This document shows, piece by piece, positions 32,427-43,056 of a DNA stretch of 64,000 nucleotides. Positions within the stretch are counted from its first letter, which is position 1, and every line of letters starts with the position of its first letter. The DNA lies in NCBI GenBank assembly GCA_965218695.1, contig OZ244651.1, positions 576,001-640,000 on the forward strand. Reading direction: 5' to 3'. A program made the translations under genes and the position numbers. This stretch comes from Nitrosopumilus sp. Lineage in GTDB: Archaea > Thermoproteota > Nitrososphaeria > Nitrososphaerales > Nitrosopumilaceae. Below the pieces are notes generated by a model. It was not told where the DNA came from. It saw nothing but the letters and a program-made list of their open reading frames with translations, and did no database searches.

Positions 32427-34250
32427 TCAGAGACCCTTGGCCGAGACCTTCCCGATCATGTCGGTAAGCTCGTTCTCAAAGTCGATTGTCATGTCTTTGG
32501 CCCCACTAAGCGCATGGACCGCCTCATGCAGTAGCGTTCCTGCATACGATTCAACCGAGTTCAGCACGGTGCGCTTGATGATGATTCTTCCCGTACCGGG
32601 TTCCCATATGCCGCCCGCATCCGTCCCATAGCCCTCCCGCATGGTCTCAGATACCAAGACATCTCGCACGTTTTCTGGCCTGCCTCCGGCCAACCTGAAT
32701 ATGCTCTCAGTCTTGTCATAGACGAAACGTTCACTTGCGCTCAGCCTGCTTGGTTCTACAAACTCAAACTCGAAGCTCTCGTTGAATTCCATTACGTACT
32801 GATCCATGTTTCGTAATGGGCTGCCTGAACTGTCCATCACTCCGCGTATCTTTTGCTCTACTGCACTTGGCACCACCACAACTGATAGTCCATCCCGCCT
32901 TGCATGGTCTACCAAGTTTACGTCATGTTGCAAATTATCTGATGTCACGTAGATGACGTCTTTGGACGCGCTCAGTACTGAGCACGCATGTTCCGATACG
33001 TCTTGCCACTTTATCTCATCGTGCTGTGTTCCAGCGCCGTAGTTCTGAAGATCATCAGTTATGGATCGGAGTACTTCCCCACTCTTGCTTGAGATGAGTA
33101 TGCTCTTCACTCTTCCCGTGTACGCGCCCCGTCCGACGTGCGTCCTCTCCCGGTTCAAGGATTTTTTCATTGCATCCGTCAGTGAGGTGATGTTGTATGA
33201 GAACAGGAAGTTGTCTTCTTCGGCGACCAAGACCCCGTTTATGTAAATTCGCGAGGACCTGCTCGGCTTTCTCTCCAAGACCTCACCGTACTTTGTGGCA
33301 TCCAGCCTCCTCTCATCGGAAAACCTCAGGAAGAGGCTCATTGCCTTTTCCAGATCGGGGCCGGTGCATCCGGTCAGGACCACCACTGTGCCAGGCATTC
33401 CGGGATTGGATGCCGGGCTTACTACCGCGTGAAGCGTAATGACATCGTCAAACTCATGTTTGGATGATCTGCTGATCGTTATGTCGCCGTGCCTAGATCT
33501 TATCATGATGCCGATCCCATGCCTGTCAAACGTGGCCAGTGCGTCCTTCAGCCCGACACCGAACTTTCCCACGATCTGCTTCTCGCTAGAGATCTTTTCC
33601 GTATTCTCGTTTTGGGTCAAGTGCTCGTACCTGATGCCGCGCCCAAAGTCCCTTACCGTGATTTTCCCTCCGTCCATCTGGATTTCAACATCTCTTGTGC
33701 CGGTCAGGACTTGCTCATCGATGGCATTTGCAATGATCTCTCGTATGGCGTGGTGCACCTCCCAGTCTTCAAGAACCCTTTCAATGTTAAGATCAAACCT
33801 ACGGTCGCCCCACGTTCCATCCGTAGTGGGCATCGTTCTATGCTCATCGATCCCCTCATGTGCGACGGGTGCAGGCAGCTCGTTGTGGTTATGTGGCTGT
33901 ACCACTCCTGCTTGCATCCCTGGCGATGCGTCGGACATGGACGCTGGTGTGTTGGATGAAGTGTTTGTATGTTTTTTAGAAACCGGAGGTGTTTCGGTGC
34001 CCGGTTTTTTGCTAGGCGGTTCCATGTCATATTTTTTGATATTGGTGTCCACCTCCTCATAGTGACGTCGTACATGCCGCGGATTGTAGAACGTGACGCT
34101 TGTGATGCCATGTCTGGACTCCAGTACATTCGGTAGTGGAATTGGAGATCTGTCGTGTGAATCGGGCGGTACGGTGCCGGACTCGTAGCAGTCAGATAGA
34201 CTCGGGAACGTTCCGCGGGTTCCGTCCTTTATCTTAACGCGTCTTGTCAT
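32427..34250 (-). CDS. GHKL-type ATPase fused to a C-terminal HExxH metallopeptidase-like domain
   Basis: REIIANAIDE, DFGRGI, GKFGVGLK, GT Bergerat-fold motifs; TLLHEAVH near the C-terminus. The conserved part begins about 33830. Confidence 0.85.
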   Translation of the reverse strand: MTRRVKIKDGTRGTFPSLSDCYESGTVPPDSHDRSPIPLPNVLESRHGITSVTFYNPRHVRRHYEEVDTNIKKYDMEPPSKKPGTETPPVSKKHTNTSSNTPASMSDASPGMQAGVVQPHNHNELPAPVAHEGIDEHRTMPTTDGTWGDRRFDLNIERVLEDWEVHHAIREIIANAIDEQVLTGTRDVEIQMDGGKITVRDFGRGIRYEHLTQNENTEKISSEKQIVGKFGVGLKDALATFDRHGIGIMIRSRHGDITISRSSKHEFDDVITLHAVVSPASNPGMPGTVVVLTGCTGPDLEKAMSLFLRFSDERRLDATKYGEVLERKPSRSSRIYINGVLVAEEDNFLFSYNITSLTDAMKKSLNRERTHVGRGAYTGRVKSILISSKSGEVLRSITDDLQNYGAGTQHDEIKWQDVSEHACSVLSASKDVIYVTSDNLQHDVNLVDHARRDGLSVVVVPSAVEQKIRGVMDSSGSPLRNMDQYVMEFNESFEFEFVEPSRLSASERFVYDKTESIFRLAGGRPENVRDVLVSETMREGYGTDAGGIWEPGTGRIIIKRTVLNSVESYAGTLLHEAVHALSGAKDMTIDFENELTDMIGKVSAKGL

Positions 34251-34340
34251 GATATTCTAGTGGATACTGCATGTGCTAGTAAATGTTCCCAAGACGCTAG
34301 CGTGTTGCATAATTCAACCCAGTCACCCAAGACTTGCACT

Positions 34341-34744
34341 GGATTCGCCTATCCGACTCTACATTACCCTTGCTCCCATGTCTATCAGCTTGTTGTAGGC
34401 GGCCACCTTGAGATTGACCTCCTGAATCATGTTCTTCCATTTCAATGAGTACAGGTGCTCTCCAAACATTCTCTTGAAGGCAGAAAATACAATCTCCACT
34501 ATCCATCTCTTGCCATATCCGACTCGAGCCTTCCACTCCTTTTGGTTGCTTTTCTTCTCCTCATCAGGCAGCCATTTCACCCGATTGGGATCAGAGCCGC
34601 CAAACTGATCCCGGACTGCCATGCCCCACACGTCGCCTGCACCTTTTCCCTTTGGGGTGGAGCTTACCTTGAGTTTGATGAGTGGGGTCACGTTGCGGTC
34701 CCTGCATGCCTTTAGGTTGTCCCTGAAGGCGCGAAAATCCATCT
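34341..34744 (-). pseudogene. 3' fragment of an IS5-family (IS903-like) transposase
   Basis: WKARVGYGKRWIVEIVFSAFKRMFGE motif. Confidence 0.8.
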
Positions 34745-35115
34745 CATCTAAGAGTTATACCGCGTGCGTGCTCATGTGCCGCAAGATTCTCATGAATGTC
34801 GCAGTAGAAAAGGGGGCTTCTCAAGGAGAAGCGTTTACGGAATACATTGATTACATGATCAAGACAGGACATATCACGGTCACAATGAAGGAGTGGGTCG
34901 ACAAAATAAGAGATAACGGAAACGATGCGACACACGAAATCCCATCACCAGATTCCGAAAAAGCCAACACCACCTTGGCGTTTACGGCACTTCTCCTGAA
35001 GAACGTGTACGAAGCCGAGTGCCACATGAATTTAGCCAACCAACGTGGTTCCCCGACTTCTATCACGGATTTGATCATAAAAACATACAACCCCTCCAAA
35101 TCGGGACGGGAATAG
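34745..35115 (+). pseudogene. 5'-truncated DUF4145 (HEPN-like) domain protein
   Basis: YTACVLMCRKIL...IRDNGNDATH matches the DUF4145 RxxGNxxxH pattern; abuts the IS5 fragment. Confidence 0.75.
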
Positions 35116-35350
35116 AATGTGATACTTTTATGAACATGATGGCGGTTCTATTGCATCTTCTGGACTTGTCCATAAGACCGGCCTGGCAAGTACTGCCATA
35201 TCGAACCGTGTCGTTGTTGGTTATGCTCCTTGACACGAATGCACGGTGCCACGATCAACAGACGTGTTCTGTCATCCAGAAATAACACCCATCTTGACTG
35301 CCATCTGTGGAGAGCGGTATATTAGCCACGCATGACGCATCAAATGGCGA

Positions 35351-36676
35351 TTGAGCATTTTCACAGTGTCAAGGCAGGATGTGTATGACTACCTAAAGTG
35401 CCCCAAGATCGTAGCATTCAAAACATACATGAACCTACGCGAAAGGCCGTCCGCATCCAGACGCGCTGGTGGCCTGAGGCATGAAACCGGCGTGATAGGC
35501 GAGATAACCGCGAGGCGCATGCTGGCTGAGGATGTTCCCGAATACACTCCATCTGGGCTAGAGGGCGACAAGCCCGGCGGCCATGACATACAGGAAGATT
35601 ATGCGCAAAGGATAGCCCTGATGAAGAAGGACTTGGGGGAGCACAGAATAGCACTGGACGAAACCATAGGGGGCATATTCAAGGAAACCCTCAAGGGCTT
35701 GGAAGTGATCAAGAGGCAGATCAACGACCGGTACGGGAAGATCAACGTCATAGGGCGCGGCGAGTCCCGCAACGGATTGTTGTCAAGCACTTCTAGGCCG
35801 GACTTTGTAGCAGTGCTAGGCGATCGAAGAAAGCTTGTCATGGTTGAGATCAAGAACGCCAAGACGGCAGGCACCAAACCGGACAAGTTTCAGGCCACGT
35901 TTTACAACACTGTGGGGGCAAAGTTCGGCATAACGGTAATGGAGGAATACAGGGAGCTCTCGTCACTTAAGATCGCGCCAATGACGACGCGCCAGCGGAT
36001 CTCAGAGACCATACTGGTCTACCCGATGCGCGGAGAGTTTGAAGTGATCAAGGACAGGGTGGACATAGGCAGAAAAATGGTGCATGGCATATGGATGGCA
36101 AAGCAGCTCGGGATGAAGGGCAAGGCACCAGAGACGGACTGCGACAGCAGCTGCCCGCACCACCGACGTAAGAGGTTTCCCGAGGGAAATGCTGATGTCG
36201 CCATCCCGCTCCCACTGGTATATTCAAAGGGCAGAGCGGAACAGGATGTCGACCTTGATGCAGTGTACTGGGAGCACTTCCTCAAAAAGAAAAAAATTAC
36301 GGGTATTATGCAGAGATTCAGACAAGATTGGATCTCGGAAAAGATAAGAATTGACAGGATCAAGAATCCCGTAGCGCGCAAGGAAGAATTGGATCGTCTG
36401 AACAATGAAAGGCTGGACTTTGCCAAGACTGTTTCACGCAAGACAGGATTAGAGTTGAAATGGCTCTCAAACAGAGCACGCGTACATTATGATGCCAAAA
36501 TGGACAAAAACCTAGAAAGAGATATGGCAGACGAGATCGAAGCATGGAAAAAAATATTGGGAGCAAGACGATTCAAGCAAAGCAAGGATAGTGCAAAGGG
36601 GCAAGGAACGCGGATATACGCGCTTCCAAAAAACAGCGTGCGTTTTGTAGAAAAGTCTTGGAACGAGTGGGATTGA
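35351..36676 (+). CDS. Solo Cas4/RecB-like PD-(D/E)XK nuclease
   Basis: N-terminal DYLKCPK, RPDFV...VEIK, QATFY, and CDSSCPH; no CRISPR array in the window. Confidence 0.7.
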   Translation: MSIFTVSRQDVYDYLKCPKIVAFKTYMNLRERPSASRRAGGLRHETGVIGEITARRMLAEDVPEYTPSGLEGDKPGGHDIQEDYAQRIALMKKDLGEHRIALDETIGGIFKETLKGLEVIKRQINDRYGKINVIGRGESRNGLLSSTSRPDFVAVLGDRRKLVMVEIKNAKTAGTKPDKFQATFYNTVGAKFGITVMEEYRELSSLKIAPMTTRQRISETILVYPMRGEFEVIKDRVDIGRKMVHGIWMAKQLGMKGKAPETDCDSSCPHHRRKRFPEGNADVAIPLPLVYSKGRAEQDVDLDAVYWEHFLKKKKITGIMQRFRQDWISEKIRIDRIKNPVARKEELDRLNNERLDFAKTVSRKTGLELKWLSNRARVHYDAKMDKNLERDMADEIEAWKKILGARRFKQSKDSAKGQGTRIYALPKNSVRFVEKSWNEWD

Positions 36677-36860
36677 CTTGAGGGGGATTCGGCCTGTAAT
36701 GTTACCTTTTTTAGGTTCCACACATAGGATGTTTTTGTATTCATATGTATATGAAAGCATAATTGTATCAATTATCATCATCCATGCTGGGGTTTACAGG
36801 CGTCTCTATGCATTGTAAAAAATTGATTTTTTGGGTACCGGCATGATCCCTGACATCATT

Positions 36861-37124
36861 CTACGAGTACAATAAAGTGTTGATCAGCATGTACGAAGAT
36901 TTTGTGTTTATGTCATAGATTCCACACTGAGGTAAGTTTCCGATGACATCAAAGTCTTCATTGGCGCAGTGTCGCCACTGCCGATTCAGTTTAAGCGCCA
37001 AACCAAGATCGGCGGTTTCATTCACGGATGCGTTTCGTACACGAACCATGCACGCCATGATTCGAACCTTGTAGCTCTTCTTTTTGCACGCTTTTCCAAT
37101 TTTTTTTTGTTGGGCATTACCCAC
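36861..37124 (-). pseudogene. Degenerate IS630 transposase N-terminal remnant
   Basis: KKKSYKVRIMACMVRVRNASVNETA resembles the start of 26906-27913. Confidence 0.55.
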
Positions 37125-37193
37125 ACCTTAAGAATAGAAGTATTAATCTATGTTTTTTGGAATTTAGATTATTTGTCCACAAACTTTAGCGCG

Positions 37194-37759
37194 TCATAGT
37201 TCCCAAACTTCTCTTGCCTTATCAATAAAATATTCGTCTCGATCGTCAATAGTTTTTTGGGTCCACTCATCTCCCTTCAAATCACTATTTATATTCAGGA
37301 GCAAATCGTTATAGCCAGGCTTTCCTCCCTCTCCATTTTTCTTTTTTTCAAACGATTTATTTTGAAGTTCTGAATTAAGTTTTTGCGGCAGCAGTCCCAT
37401 GTTGCCCAAATGGTTCCGATATTGTTTCATTTTTGTCTCACAACTTTTGGCAATTTCAGGACCCTTGAGGTTAAAAAAGTCCTTGATGGACCACTCATCC
37501 TCAGTGTAATTGTCTGGAAGCACATGTTCAAGTGTAATACAAGGTGCGGGATTAACATCCGGGTGCACGCCAAAATGCTTCTCGAATTCTAGTAAAATAT
37601 AAGTAGCAATGTTAGATTCGGGTTTTTTCACATATTTTTCAAACTTTTCTTCGAACTCAGATCTATCAATATCCATTTCTTTTAACAAATTAATAGCACC
37701 TTGAACATTACCGTCTTTAATTTTTTGAACAATCTCAAATGTTACATCAGCAATGACAC
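37194..37759 (-). pseudogene. C-terminal DUF1524/HNH fragment of a GmrSD-like restriction protein, truncated by IS630
   Basis: TLEHVLP...LGNMGLLP..LNSELQNKSF..KK...WT...I..R motif; AT-rich; the frame runs open to the IS end. Confidence 0.8.
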
Positions 37760-37761
37760 TA

Positions 37762-38860
37762 TAGTGGCGATCAAAAGTTCCTGCAAAATAATTCGGCTTT
37801 TCTGTTAAAGAATTTGATTAAATCCAGATTGAATCTCGCAGTTCGATAGTACTGGGAGACGGCACTGTGCATGTCCAAGAAGGTTTTGTAGTATTCTGAG
37901 ACAAGCAGGTTCCGTTTTCCTTGGTGCCAGCATTCTTCCACGGCGTTGAGATACGGCGAGCCTTTTGGCAGGTATATGATCCTGATGTCCTTGTTCTCGC
38001 GCAGCAGCGTCCGGACGGCTTTTGCGCGGTGCGGGGACGCCCGATCCACCATGACGGCCACCTTCCCAAAATGCCTCTGCATGGCCTTGAGATACGCAAC
38101 AAAAGTGGGCGCGTTAAATCCGCTGGCAGTCCTGAAGAACTGCCTGCCATCCATTGTAATTGAACCGTACGCGGCGATTCTTTTGTGGCTTCCCGTGTAT
38201 GGCACGGTTATTGGCACCCCCACGGGGGACCAATACTTGCGACCTGATTTTACGTCGTGTATGAAGAACGCCTCGTCCTCCATGGCTATGACAAAACCGT
38301 CTTTTTCTAGGCGTGAAATTCTCTTTTTGAGGCGATATTGCCAACTTTTTACGGCCGTTTTGGTGGCCCTGTTGATGTGGATTTTTTGCGACTCCTTGGG
38401 AGACAGGCCGTATTTTTGCATGATTTTCCTGACATTCGTCCTGTGCATCCTTGTTCCCGTTTCCTTGTGTATGACCTGTTGCAGTTCGGCAGGAGTGGTC
38501 TTGAACCGGTCTACCTTGCCCAGTATGCCGTCCATCGCTTCCGGCGAAATCTTGGGCGGTCTGCCGGATCTGGGAAGATCCCGGAGGCCTTCAAGGCCTC
38601 CCTTCTCGAAGCGTTCCAGCCAGTTGCGCACCCATCGCGGGCATCGCAGAAGGCTGACGGCTGCATCATCCATGCTCACTTTGCGAAAATGTACCATGTG
38701 TACTGCAAGCATTCTGACTACCACTCTGGATCCTTCTCTTTTTTGTATGCTGCCTCGAGTTCTTCCCGTGTTACTTTGCTCATGCCGCGTTAGGCGACCG
38801 GCTGATCTACATAGCTTTCGGTGAGGTGCTGAACTTGGAACGAACTTTCGCTTTTCACTA
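37762..38860 (-). mobile_element. IS630-family insertion sequence; transposase frameshifted near its 5' end (start 38783)
   Basis: IR TAGTGGCGATCAAAAGT and a degenerate counterpart ending TTCACTA, both flanked by TA; EDEA...VDRA...PYLNAVEECW. Confidence 0.88.
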
Positions 38861-38862
38861 TA

Positions 38863-39164
38863 GGCATTGACGTTGCCGTGTATGATCTGAGATGGGGAAT
38901 AGAGACCGGCTACAAGATGCCCGGGGCGATGAGGTCCAGGACGTACAGCCAAAACATCGCTACGAGGGATTTTTGTTTTCTGCACGTGGTGGTAATATTC
39001 AATGCATGGGCGCTGGCAAACGCAATGCTTGCCACTTGCCAAACTGGGAGGAACAGACGGACGCAGCAATCACCCAGACCCATTTCAAATTCATGATAGA
39101 AAGTATGCTTCTTTTACAAAGCATCATACCGCCCGAGCCACCGCCCGATCCTGTCGCGCCGTGA
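38863..39164 (+). pseudogene. 3' fragment of an ISH3-family transposase
   Basis: RWGIETGY...FNAW and the terminal PEPPPDPVAP, identical to the end of 3293-4579; frameshifted. Confidence 0.85.
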
Positions 39165-39819
39165 CCACATCTGGGTTATCTGATACGCCTCACAAGGTTT
39201 ACATGAATTCGGAAACAAGACCAGTTAGCGCAAATGTGCTCCAAGTGAACCTACATGACAGTCCCGCATACGGTCCGGCACCAGATGAATGCCGTTTTCG
39301 TACGTAAAATCATTGGGCAGGCACAGGATGCAGAGTAAAACACGTCCGAACCCAAACCGGCTCCATGGTTGGACGGGCACATTTGCGTTAACTGAAGACA
39401 ACCCATGGCCTATAGCAAAGAGAAGGTATGCGTATACCAACAATGAAAAATTCATGTCAAAATCGCTCATAAATTTTTGATGCGACAGCCATCCCTGGAA
39501 ATTACGAGGTGCGTTGAATGCCCAAACAACAAGAAAAAACGTCCCGGGCATTAGGCATTGCATGCTCTGATGCGCCGTGCATGGCGCACGCTAGGTTGCA
39601 TGGATCCGGTGCGGCTTGATGTTGTTCTAGATGGCCCTGTACATGAAATCCTTGACTACCAGATTTGGTCATCATAAATTACGTTGGTTTGACTACAGAC
39701 ATTCCAGACTGCGTGCATTCTGCACGATTTGGATCGAATGCCGGGGGATGGCATCAGTCTGATCATTTAGTGTGGCGGCCATTCTGTCCCGGTATGAACC
39801 AGGCAGGCCTGCTTTTGTC

Positions 39820-41010
39820 TCAGCTGTATTCGGCGGGTGCTGCTGTCTGACTGTCTTTTCTGTATGTGAATCCGCATTCGCCTAAGCGGTTGCGGATGTC
39901 CAGCGGAATCACTGCAATCTTTTCCTTCTTAAAGACAGGCGGATCGTCGATGGGGTACCACGCACGCACGTTCTTGCGCATCCCGACGAACAAAAGGCCC
40001 CTGCACCGTAGGGAGCCGATTGTGGACAATGGCCCACCCTTGAGCAGTCGTTTTATGGTATCGTCTGTGCCAAATTTCTTTTGCAGGCCGGCATGCCCTG
40101 CAACCCATCCGTTCCTGACTACGAACAGCAGGCAGTCCCTCTCAGATTCAGAAAGGCCGCCCACCACTTTTTGCAGCCTCTCAGACCGGAGTACCGATGA
40201 GATCACCCTTGCCTTCTCCCTTTTGGTGCTGCACTGCTCCTCAATTTCCAGGTTCTTCCATACGAGATTTATCATTGCCGCCGGAAGCCTGTTGAGTTCG
40301 GCAAGGATCTTGGCGTCAGGCGAGATTGGCGGTGTCGTGACGCGCCTTTTGGGTTTCATCTTGGGTCCGCCGGACATTTTGCCGTACCCTGCGTACTCCC
40401 GGAGAAGATCGTCCATCCCAAGTATTCGGTGGGTGGAATCGGTCACTGCAGTTCCATGAAGAGAGTAGGGACCGCCATCAAAACGGTACAGCATTCCTAC
40501 AAAGGATCTTGCAACCCTGAGCCTTTCGGCCGTGGTTTGGTCGGGGTGGATGCGATAAATGGTGCCGTCGCTGCGCGATCTTGCCATGATCTCCTCGCCG
40601 TTCCACTCCGTCAGATCAAACTCGTCAAGGATTCCCCTCTTCATCATGAGGATCATGGATGTCAGTAAGTCGCCGTGCACGTAGCGTTCAACAAAGTCGT
40701 CAATAGGAGATTTTCCACTGACAGGATCTGCAGTAATGCTGAACCACAAGACGATCATCTCGTTGTTGAACCTGTCTAGATCCACGTCTGTCCTGTACGG
40801 GTACCGACTGCGGGCCGCCTCTAGGTCATCGATCCGCTCATTTAGCACATACTCCCGAAAGACATCCGGGAAATTCTCTGTCGTGACATCGCGACCCATA
40901 CAGCTGGATGGGTGTATGCACATAATATGTTTTGAGGTAATTGAGGGGTTGTCGCGAAAATAGGTTTCAGGCATCTGCCTCGTCTCCCAGTTTCGTCTGG
41001 CGTATTGCAT
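39820..41010 (-). CDS. Hypothetical protein
   Basis: 396-aa open frame; start uncertain; C-terminal helical/wHTH-like region (LSESERDCL...GLLFVG). Confidence 0.7.
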   Translation of the reverse strand: MQYARRNWETRQMPETYFRDNPSITSKHIMCIHPSSCMGRDVTTENFPDVFREYVLNERIDDLEAARSRYPYRTDVDLDRFNNEMIVLWFSITADPVSGKSPIDDFVERYVHGDLLTSMILMMKRGILDEFDLTEWNGEEIMARSRSDGTIYRIHPDQTTAERLRVARSFVGMLYRFDGGPYSLHGTAVTDSTHRILGMDDLLREYAGYGKMSGGPKMKPKRRVTTPPISPDAKILAELNRLPAAMINLVWKNLEIEEQCSTKREKARVISSVLRSERLQKVVGGLSESERDCLLFVVRNGWVAGHAGLQKKFGTDDTIKRLLKGGPLSTIGSLRCRGLLFVGMRKNVRAWYPIDDPPVFKKEKIAVIPLDIRNRLGECGFTYRKDSQTAAPAEYS

Positions 41011-41246
41011 TCATCAGGGTTTTTTTGAAGTGTCAGGCATAGGCTACCTTGACTTCCAGATCCGTGGCATGCTCCAGCCTGTTGAGAACCTCGAGATTCC
41101 AACCTATCGCCTTTAGCAACCAAACTTTCTCTGGTTTACGCCTTTGCGGAACCTGCAGTACAGCTGGTGGTGTTCTGTCTCCTCGGCTCCGAATATTCCC
41201 TCGATCATCCCGCGCTACTTGTAGGCGGTAACATGTCTGGTCGTCA

Positions 41247-41822
41247 TTACCGGTCGCTCCTGCCGGCGGCCTCAAGCTCTTCACGTATCATGTCTGAAAT
41301 CGTGTATGAGCCTGAAAACTGGTCCGGTTCCAGGCCGGACTCCATGCAGACAGTCACGTCTGCCTCCGCCTTGTCAATGACAGGTTTCCAGGCAGGCTCC
41401 CACGGCCCGGCCACATCAACGCGCTTGAAGAACAGGTCATGTTTTCCTATCGCGTTCAGGATCGCGTTTACGCCGACCATGTCCGGAACACCAGGTCCGG
41501 CGTGCGGCCATTGGTTGCCGCGCACCCGTATGCGGCTCTTTTCCACGGTGGCCGTGAACACGCCAATCGGCGCGTCGGTCTTTTTTAGCTCTGAGGCAAA
41601 CGACTCCCCCTCCCTGGTGACTTTCCCGGGCAGGCGCTTGTCCCACTCTTTTGCCTCGTACACGTTTAGCCGCACGACGCGCTTGTCGGTTCCGTCCGGC
41701 AGCACGCAGGCCCGCAACGAGTCAAATGCGGCATAGTACGGATCCCTGGAGGCCACCGTTTCAACCCACACCGTGTTGTCTTTCTTTGTCCCAACCACGT
41801 GGAAACTATTCATGGCCGTCAA
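41247..41822 (-). CDS. Hypothetical protein
   Basis: About 190-aa ORF overlapping the upstream gene; virus/plasmid-like ORFan. Confidence 0.65.
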   Translation of the reverse strand: MTAMNSFHVVGTKKDNTVWVETVASRDPYYAAFDSLRACVLPDGTDKRVVRLNVYEAKEWDKRLPGKVTREGESFASELKKTDAPIGVFTATVEKSRIRVRGNQWPHAGPGVPDMVGVNAILNAIGKHDLFFKRVDVAGPWEPAWKPVIDKAEADVTVCMESGLEPDQFSGSYTISDMIREELEAAGRSDR

Positions 41823-42369
41823 TCCTCGCGTCGTGTTCGTTGATCATCCTGTCAATTGTGCCGTCGGCGTCTTCGTATTCGGTTTTGCTCAAAGGCAGCA
41901 ACATGGAATTGCAGTCGACCTCGTGTCCGTCTTCTACCCTGCCGGCCAGCTCCCACACGCCGCATCCTTGGCGTCTCATCACCAGGTCGTGGCTCCCGCA
42001 CGCATCCTTGATTACGTCCGGCGTCAGCGCGCCTTCAAACTGGCCGTGATGGGTCTTGATAACATTCAGGGAGTTCCTACACGTGACGTCAAACGCCGCA
42101 TAGAACCTGTGCTTCCCGCCGTACATTTTTTCGGCAAACTCTTTTTCTTCTGCAGGATGATGTCCGTCATGATACATGTCGCCGTCCTGAAATTCAAATA
42201 CAAGCACGTTCATGTCTATGGCGTCGTCCTGGTTCAGGCCGAGCGTCTGGATAAGGTTCAGTACAGCATGGAACGGTTTGCCTGCTTCTGTCGTGCGAAC
42301 GCCCCTGACGTGTTTGCGCCGAATCGTGCCGGAATAGGCCGCGTGATAGTACGGCATCAGGCCACCCAC
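41806..42369 (-). CDS. Hypothetical acidic protein
   Basis: 187-aa ORF, same strand and cluster as 42622-43056. Confidence 0.65.
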   Translation of the reverse strand: MGGLMPYYHAAYSGTIRRKHVRGVRTTEAGKPFHAVLNLIQTLGLNQDDAIDMNVLVFEFQDGDMYHDGHHPAEEKEFAEKMYGGKHRFYAAFDVTCRNSLNVIKTHHGQFEGALTPDVIKDACGSHDLVMRRQGCGVWELAGRVEDGHEVDCNSMLLPLSKTEYEDADGTIDRMINEHDARIDGHE

Positions 42370-42445
42370 CCCTCTTGAATCAATTCCAATCCCACTTCAC
42401 AATACAACTGCCATTACAATAAAAGCCACAAATTTCCCTCGAATA

Positions 42446-42580
42446 TGCACCATCAGCGTGCACCATCAATGTCGGCGCTCATGCGCAACATAGTTGTGCA
42501 GCATAGATGTTCAACATGGCGTTAACCTTGGTGTTCAACATGGTTGTTCAACACGGTTGTTCAACACGGTTGTGCTACAA
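42446..42580. repeat. 13-bp period tandem repeat array (iteron-like)
   Basis: TGCACCATCAGCG/TGCACCATCAATG, then about 8 degenerate units of TGTTCAACA(C/T)GGT; the core TGTTCAACA is palindromic; intergenic. Confidence 0.85.
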
Positions 42581-42621
42581 CTCCCGCCATGGCGCCAATA
42601 AAAAATAGAAAAAATGGGGTG

Positions 42622-43056
42622 TTAGTCTGCCTGGTTCTTGCGCTCGTAATCGCTGATGCAGTCGTCCAATTCGTCCCAGAGCTGCGATATCAACGAGTCC
42701 TTGTCTGACTTGGTGTATTTCTTGAATACGGCCTCGACTTCTTCCCTGGTCGGCTCCTCTTTGCCCCGGTTAAAGTACGCCTGGGCCACGTCTTCCCATG
42801 AAAGCCACATGATTGCTTCCATGGCCGGCATCCCAATCCATTCGGGCATGTCGTCTGCCATCCTCATTTTGAGATACTCGCCGTCGCGCACGATCTGCCC
42901 GAAACCTTCTGCCATACCGTCTATGATTTTCTTGGCGTCGTCGTAGCTGGTGCCGGTGGCCTCTGCCGCATGCACCGCTGCCACATACCACTTGATGAAT
43001 TTTTTTTCCTTGATCTCAGTGATAACATGGTTTTGGAATTCGGCTATCTGTTTCAT
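42622..43056 (-). CDS. Hypothetical protein
   Basis: 144-aa ORF starting at the conserved 38-bp promoter; T-rich terminator-like run downstream. Confidence 0.75.
   Translation of the reverse strand: MKQIAEFQNHVITEIKEKKFIKWYVAAVHAAEATGTSYDDAKKIIDGMAEGFGQIVRDGEYLKMRMADDMPEWIGMPAMEAIMWLSWEDVAQAYFNRGKEEPTREEVEAVFKKYTKSDKDSLISQLWDELDDCISDYERKNQAD

Noticed and set aside
38784-39069. Long N-terminus of the 432-aa IS630 ORF
   Set aside because: It lies upstream of the true ATG (38783) and extends past the IS end (38860) antisense to an ISH3 fragment; an artefact of a frameshift.
42482-42580. CRISPR array
   Set aside because: Units are 13 bp and contiguous, with no unique spacers.
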